Part shown: positions 58,067 through 64,000 of the stretch, piece after piece
Position numbering within the stretch: the stretch's first letter is position 1
How the letters are laid out: every line of letters begins with the position of its first letter
Assembly: GCA_000004985.1 (NCBI GenBank)
Contig: GG738847.1
DNA from: Naegleria gruberi
Taxonomy: Eukaryota
Length of the DNA stretch: 64,000 bases
Reading direction: 5' to 3' (one strand)
Program-made: the position numbers and the translations under genes
The notes under the pieces: generated by a model
Told to the model about the DNA's origin: nothing
The model's input: only the letters and a program-made list of their open reading frames with translations
Database searches by the model: none

Positions 58067-59911
58067 TTATTTCTCTGCTACTTTAATAGAAGCACCATTT
58101 TGTACAGTTTGGGATGATACAGGCTTACTACAGGTTGGGTTAGCAATTTGAATATCTCTTCTAACCTTCTTTGCAGCTTCTTCTTGTTCTTCTAACCTTT
58201 CTCTCTTAATCTTGGCAACAATTTCAGCTGTTGTTTCTGTTGGAGATGGTGGTTTATATCTAACTGGATGGAGAACTTTGGTTTCCCTTTGGTAAACCAT
58301 CTTAGTTTGAGGAGATCCAACAGGAGTGATTGGTGTTTGTTCACCAGTACTTGTAGAGCTACTTACAGTTCTACAAGGAGTACCAGTAACAGGTTGAGAT
58401 TCTGCAGGAGAGGTTGAAACAATAACAGGTGTTGATTGAAGCTTTTGTTGTGGTGGCACTGGTTGTGGAGGATAACCCATTTGATGTGGAGGATAAGCCA
58501 TTGGATATCCGTGAGGTGGATATGGGTATGTAGCTTGATCTGGATGTGGTGGGTATGAATAACCAGGTTGAGGAGGATATGGATAAGGTGGAACAGTACC
58601 AGATTGTGGATATGAATATCTGTAATCATAATAGTAAGGAGGAACATAAGGTGGTTGTTGAGGTTGTCCATCTTTAGATTCTGTTGGTTGAGGTGGATAA
58701 GCACCTGGTGGTGGAACAGAAGTTTGAGGTGGATAATACATTGGATATGGAACAGGTTGTGAACCATCATGTGTTGGTGGAGGAACACCATATGGATAAT
58801 GATAACCTGGATGTGGTGGATACATATGAGGATAACCTGGGTGTGGAGGATATGGAGGATATGAATAAGCAGTACCTGTTGTTGGTTGTGGAACTGGTCT
58901 TGGAGGTTGATGAGCAACAACTCCATGAGTAGTTGGTTGTTGTTGGACAGTTGTACTTGTTGTTGTTGGAGCTGAGGTTGAACTAGTTGTGCTTGGAACA
59001 GGTGTAGTAGTTGTTGTAGTATTGGAAGCAGATCTGTTAACATTGTGCAATTTATCCAAAGCTTCAAGTGCCAAAGCTTCTTCACTCTTCATCTTTTGAG
59101 CAACTGGTGATTTACCCTTATTCAATTGGAAACAAGAGAATAATTGATCACCACTTGCTGATGATTCTTCAACTTGTTGTGCTTGTGTATTTTTACCAGA
59201 AGTAATATTACATCTCTTTCTATATGGCCATCTTCTAATACCTAATTCTCTACATCTCTTCTTCAGTGATGATTCATCAACTCTTAAAGCAACGCATGCT
59301 TCATGTAAAGGTAATTTGAAATATTGTGAAATGGAAAGATAACTTAAATTAGCAGCATTATTAACAAAGTAGTCTGATGGTGGTGGACTTCTAAAGCTCT
59401 TGGCAATATGAGGAGTGGAGGAAGATACTTGTGGAGAGAGATGGGCATTAGCAATGGAAGGTATCGATACGATTGGGGTAGGTGTAGTTGGTTGTGGTGG
59501 AATTTGTTGTGGTTGGGTGGTAGATGTGGTTATTGTTGTTGGAATGTGAGAAGTTGGGATGGTTTCAACACGTGTTGTTGAAATGGTAGTTGGTTGTGAA
59601 GGGATTTCTTGTCGAGGTTGAGGTGAATATGATTCAACAGAACTCGATGTAGAGGAGTGATCAACCAATGGTGTAGTATTTCTTGGGATTGGTTCATGTG
59701 TACTAGGATCATAGGTTTGAAGTTTGGCCCACAATGGATCAGCAGCATAATTAGTTGAAATGACGGTTCTCATATTATATTTTGTTATTACATCATTCAT
59801 TCCTAATTCTTCATGTTTCAGAACATCAGTAACGAGGTAGTAAATATTATTTCTACTGATTAAATCTTTACGAACAAAGTTGGTGTTGGTGGTGCCTGTT
59901 GAGTGCATCAT
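58067..59911 (-). CDS. RWP-RK domain transcription factor (LKKRCRELGIRRWPYRK) with a long Pro/Tyr/Gln-rich, PPxY-like C-terminal tail.
   Basis: The exact RWPYRK motif with the upstream helix LHEACVALRVDESSLKKRCRELGI. Single exon of 614 aa. Confidence 0.75.
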   Translation of the reverse strand: MMHSTGTTNTNFVRKDLISRNNIYYLVTDVLKHEELGMNDVITKYNMRTVISTNYAADPLWAKLQTYDPSTHEPIPRNTTPLVDHSSTSSSVESYSPQPRQEIPSQPTTISTTRVETIPTSHIPTTITTSTTQPQQIPPQPTTPTPIVSIPSIANAHLSPQVSSSTPHIAKSFRSPPPSDYFVNNAANLSYLSISQYFKLPLHEACVALRVDESSLKKRCRELGIRRWPYRKRCNITSGKNTQAQQVEESSASGDQLFSCFQLNKGKSPVAQKMKSEEALALEALDKLHNVNRSASNTTTTTTPVPSTTSSTSAPTTTSTTVQQQPTTHGVVAHQPPRPVPQPTTGTAYSYPPYPPHPGYPHMYPPHPGYHYPYGVPPPTHDGSQPVPYPMYYPPQTSVPPPGAYPPQPTESKDGQPQQPPYVPPYYYDYRYSYPQSGTVPPYPYPPQPGYSYPPHPDQATYPYPPHGYPMAYPPHQMGYPPQPVPPQQKLQSTPVIVSTSPAESQPVTGTPCRTVSSSTSTGEQTPITPVGSPQTKMVYQRETKVLHPVRYKPPSPTETTAEIVAKIKRERLEEQEEAAKKVRRDIQIANPTCSKPVSSQTVQNGASIKVAEK

Positions 59912-60209
59912 CTTTGTTGGTTATTGTTTTGTTGTGTTTTTATTTGTTTGTGAGAATTTTGTGTGAGGCTTCTTTGGAAAACTCTAGGCCACAACAAAGC
60001 AGCTAGTTGCGTTGTTTGCGAGATGACTTGTTTGCTTTACTTATTTTGACGTAAGGAATGGAAAATAAAGGGTTAACAAACGAACTTTGAGCCGCTTAAA
60101 CGTCTTTATATTCAAGCGCCCTTTGGACGATGTTTCCAAATATGAATTTTGTAAATTTTTGGGACTGACGGCAAACAACAGACATTGACGAAAACCAACG
60201 AAGGAGGAC

Positions 60210-60219
60210 TCTAATTAGA
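60210..60219. promoter_or_regulatory. Palindrome TCTAATTAGA inside a ~45-nt block conserved with 22170-22220 (acgaa..gga.tctaattagaa.cgca). It lies in a GC-richer island at about 59950-60240, upstream of the RWP-RK gene.
   Basis: Alignment by eye of the two islands. A TAATTA homeodomain-type core. Confidence 0.3.
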
Positions 60220-60464
60220 ACGCATGAGAATTAATTTACCATCTATATTAAAACGTATTGTACCGTTTTGTATTTAAAATAATATTCTGGACTTTATTAA
60301 AAGATGCATGAAGAAAATTTGGTCTCTAACTTTTAATCCATCATTCCAGACTGTTGTTAATTCCTCAAATGGTTTTGTGATGAAAATTTTCATTGGATAT
60401 TTTCCAATATAACTGTATTTTACAATGTCTTGCCTTCTTTAACAGAAAGTTTTGAAAACTCAAA

Positions 60465-62711
60465 TTATCCAACCAATTCATCTACAAGATAATCAAAAAT
60501 TGTGTGGGCTGGATTTTTTTTCCCAGTTTGATAATTGCATATTAAAGCGTATAATTCAGAGATTGAAACTTCTAATTGAATCAGTAAACTTTGCATGGCT
60601 TTTAACTTTTTAGCAAGCTCATCATTGTAGTAGGTAAAGTAAATCATTTGGAAATTGTTCATTGATTCTTGTTGGTTGTTGGCAACACTTCCAATACCTA
60701 GAGATGCAACCTTGGAAATACATAAGAACTGACAAAGGAATTTTAAAAAATAATCTCCCTTAAATGCTCCACATCCTTTAAGGTACATGATTAAAGACCA
60801 AATATATAATTGTTTGGTTTTGTTAACAACTTAATTAGGAATACTTTTGTATAAATATCACTTACCTAAATTTCCAGTAGATATAATTTTACAATCACTA
60901 CCAATAAATCCACAATATATCTTGTTGATTTCTCTCTGAATATACTTTGCCTTAAATTGATCGAAAGGACTTCTAAATGGGGCCGAGTTAAAATTTAGGG
61001 CATCAATTGCTATGATTGGATAGTTAATAGTGGAGAAATTTTCACAGTTCTCATCGTAGGTTCCTGTGTATCTATAGGAATAGGAGTATCCTTCATAGGT
61101 TGAGAAGCGTTTTGTGTTCCTTATCAGTAAAGTTTCATTATCGTCTAATTCTTCTGTGAAAAGTCTTCCAATTATACATTCTGTATTGATAAGGAATCTA
61201 ATCTCTTCTTGTACTGCACCATTTCCTAATACGCCTCCACCAAGCATTTTGTTTGCAAAATCGACATGGCAACAATCAAGTGTATGTGGTGAATTATCTT
61301 CAATTGTTCCATTATCTCTGATTTCAATATTAGAAAGCAGCTTTTCGCTGCTATTCTGGAACATCTTGTCCATATCCTTCGAATCATCCAACAGCACTTT
61401 TCTCTCAAAAGATACTTTTTCATCAATTATGGAGTTATTATTTAAAATATATTCGGCCATTAAATTAAAGTAATTGATAACAGTTTTGAGTTTTTCAATG
61501 AGTAAACTTGTTTCTTCAAATTCTTCTTCCTCAAATTTAGATGGACTCAATAAATCTTCATCAAATAATAAATCATCCTCAATTGAAATTGTTTCAGAAA
61601 TAGACAATGTTTTGGTGATTATAACCTCATTAGATGTTGTGGTGGTTTGTGTTGTTGTTGTGGAACTGATAATTGTTGCATCAAGATTTGCATCCATGTG
61701 ATTACTAGATGCAATGGCAGTAGAATCATTTGTTGTTTGAGTTACAATAGAGGAATTCAAATCAGTAGAAGAAGGGATTGATGAACTTGTATCATTTTGT
61801 TGTGGAATTTCTGGAGTATTTTCTGGTGACAAGCTTGGTGATTTAAAAGTGTCTTTTGGATCAACTGGAATATTGAATGGATCCTTTTTGATAACTCTCT
61901 TTGTTAGAGGAGACTTTTTAAATAATGTTATAAAATTGATAGATGGATAGTAATAGTATTCATCTGATGGATTACTCGTTTGATTTCTTCTTGGGAATGT
62001 ACAAAAAAATGCATGTATCAATAGACAACAAATTTGTTTTCTAGTCAAAGTAACTGAACTATCCTCTTGTTTCTTCAAAAGTGGAATTTCGTCAATCAAG
62101 TTTGGTAAATCCAAAGCTAAAGATTGTAAACAAGGTAATGTAGTGTTAAAAAATTGATCCTTATCCTTAGCAGTATAAATATTATTAAATAATGTCTCTA
62201 AAGAATTGAAAGTATTAGAGGAAAAACTCCAACTAGAGTTGACTGTTTTGATAATTTGAATGATGTCATTCACATCAGAAATTCTCTGTTGTAAAACTGT
62301 TTTGATCAAATACCATTTTGACAATTGTCTATTATTTTGAAAGTAAACATTATTTTCATGACAAGGTAATTTGACACAATCTCTATTCCAGCCTGGTGTA
62401 GATTTTCTTCTATTGCTAGTTCTAGGAGGAGTTGAAGGAGGAGGTTGTGCATAATTTTGATTATCATAATTTGGTTGTTTAGAAGCCTTTGTTTTGAAGG
62501 GTGGATTTGAATTTGATGAATGATCATTAAATGATCTTGTTGATGAATTGTCATTTGGTTGAGTTGGTGGTGGATTGTTACGGATTTGTTTTCTTGTCTT
62601 TTCTATCCATGATTCCTCATCTGGTCTCTTTCTTTTGTCATTATTTAAAAAGTCACCCAAAGTTAATTGTTTTTTGTTACCTGTTGATGAAGATCTACCT
62701 TGAGAAGACAT
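60465..62711 (-). CDS. parg: Poly(ADP-ribose) glycohydrolase (PARG). Two exons lie at about 60866-62711 and 60465-60775, with a 90-nt intron.
   Basis: Catalytic signature VDFANKMLGGGVLGNGAVQEEIRF. TGNLGCGAFKGD spans the GTAAGT...TTAAAG intron. Confidence 0.9.
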
Positions 62712-62971
62712 TTTTTTAATTTAAATGTAACGGAAAACTATCTGGCCAGCAAACAGGAGAAGCCTATTATTTTCTACTCAAAACTAGATATCAACAAACT
62801 TTCCAACAAAAACATTAGACAAGTTTAAATAATAATAATTAATTGACAGTAACTAAATAATTCGTCGAAAACGAATAATAATAATTTTTTATTATTCAGA
62901 GCGACAACAATAAAGCAATAAAATTCCCTGAAGCTGAATTCAAACTCGTGATTTTTAATCTATTAAAATGA

Positions 62972-63466
62972 TTAATGGTGACCATGATGACCATGTGGAT
63001 TTTCCTTTCTTTCCTTAGCAATTTGATGAGCAACATATTCCATCAAATCAGTGTTAGAAAAAGTACCAGACTTGAATTTTTCAAAGTTTCCAACCATGAG
63101 AGCCTTGCAAACACCAGAATCCAATTGCTTGGAACAGATGGTTTCAATAGTTTCATCTTGGTTATCCAATGATTTTCCTTGCTTCTTGAGTTCTTCAACT
63201 TGACATTGAATATCCTTGCAAGCTAAAATAATATTGTTATAATCCGCCAATACATTTTTTTAAAATTACGTACAATTCTTCAAAGTTTTATACATTGGAG
63301 AATCAGAGACAACACCAGTCATATCAGTTTTTGGAGAACCGGCAGCAATGTGAGTAGTGAAGAGAACACCACCAACACCCAAGAAGAGTTTGGTCAAAAA
63401 ACGAGAGGACATTTTTTTTAAAGTATTTACAAAAAATTTAAAGTACCCAAGACAATCAAAAAGCAA
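62972..63466 (-). CDS. Small putative secreted Cys-containing, His-tailed protein. Its signal-peptide-like N-terminus is MSSRFLTKLFLGVGGVLFTTHIAAG. It may have one ~52-nt intron (GTACGT...TTTTAG) joining the two ORFs.
   Basis: ORFs 63266..63466 and 62972..63250. Hydrophobic N-terminus. C-terminal HGHHGHH. Confidence 0.35.
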
Positions 63467-63643
63467 TTGAATTAAACACTCTCATCATGATGATATTTAA
63501 ACCTTTTCATCATGTCATATAGTTGTATTATAAAGTTTATTGTTTTACGGTGATGCAATTAATTTCGCCTCTCTCATTTCTAAAGAAAGCTTAGGAATCA
63601 ACCTTTGCTGCATATATTTTAACGATAAAAAAAGCCTTCAAAA

Positions 63644-64000
63644 ATGAGTCAACAACTCAGAAATTTATTGGTGAAGAGAAGAGAGGCCTTTGGCAGTGTT
63701 GCTGGTAATTGTAGGAAGAACCTTGCAATGTTACAGGCAGGGATTCATGGCTCTTATCACAAAAGAATGTCCAATCAGAAACAATTTTTATTGGATTTTA
63801 ATAGAAAATATGAAAGGCAATTTTCCACTTCGGAAATATCATTTGTAGAGTCATGTAAAAAGGAACCAATAAGAATTATTGAGGATATTCCAATGGCTAA
63901 TGAGGAAAAAACAAAAGAATTACTTGATAGATTTGAGAAATATTGTCAAGAAATTGAAAGAAGAGAAAAAAAACCAAGAGGACAAATTAGAATTGTTGTT
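63644..64000 (+). CDS. Hypothetical protein, 3'-partial, running off the window end.
   Basis: Open frame from the ATG at 63644 to the window edge. Confidence 0.35.
   Translation, partial: MSQQLRNLLVKRREAFGSVAGNCRKNLAMLQAGIHGSYHKRMSNQKQFLLDFNRKYERQFSTSEISFVESCKKEPIRIIEDIPMANEEKTKELLDRFEKYCQEIERREKKPRGQIRIVV

Noticed and set aside
58363-59085. 240-aa minus-strand ORF in another frame inside the RWP-RK gene, plus 58684..58932 plus-strand and 59530..59748.
   Set aside because: These are frame artefacts of the Pro/Tyr/Gln-rich repeat. Their H/Q/L-rich translation has no motif and they overlap the real gene completely.
1-64000. Prokaryotic-style systems such as CRISPR arrays, operons, restriction-modification or toxin-antitoxin.
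   Set aside because: The sequence is clearly eukaryotic: spliceosomal introns, poly-N/Q tracts, and eukaryotic tRNA and nuclear genes. There are no direct-repeat/spacer arrays and no Shine-Dalgarno-coupled gene strings.

Overview
This is eukaryotic nuclear DNA. It is very AT-rich, shows trinucleotide microsatellites that encode poly-N/Q/S/T tracts, and has short AT-rich introns bounded by GTAAGT/GTATGT and AG. These traits fit a Dictyostelid social amoeba, not a prokaryote. No CRISPR arrays, operons or rRNA are present. The window carries about 30 protein-coding genes, many multi-exon. They include a SWR1/SRCAP-type Snf2 ATPase (5' partial), TTC38, SDHAF4, urocanase, a BAR+GYF protein, LRR and F-box proteins, an RCC1-like secreted protein and a TPX2 homolog. 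They also include TDP1, SMC1, an Sfi1-like repeat protein, MSH4, a mitochondrial carrier, PIKfyve/Fab1, WDR83/MORG1, an RWP-RK transcription factor and PARG. One tRNA-Ile(AAU) has a tRNA fragment just upstream. I found a MITE-like element with ~55-60 bp terminal inverted repeats. Three islands have atypical GC content and codon usage and are candidate mobile or accessory DNA, but I cannot prove that from sequence alone. Three N-run gaps are present. Two GC-rich intergenic islands share a conserved motif built around the palindrome TCTAATTAGA; they are either candidate structured ncRNAs or a shared promoter module. E2F-type sites sit in the promoters of TPX2, TDP1 and SMC1/Sfi1, which lie together in a cluster of chromosome-biology genes. 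Several apparent frameshifts or frame breaks and a 22-bp tandem duplication, together with the gaps, point to draft-assembly errors rather than pseudogenes. Exon boundaries are given to within a few nucleotides because homopolymer counts are uncertain. The supplied ORF track uses alternative start codons, so I re-derived true ATG starts where I could.
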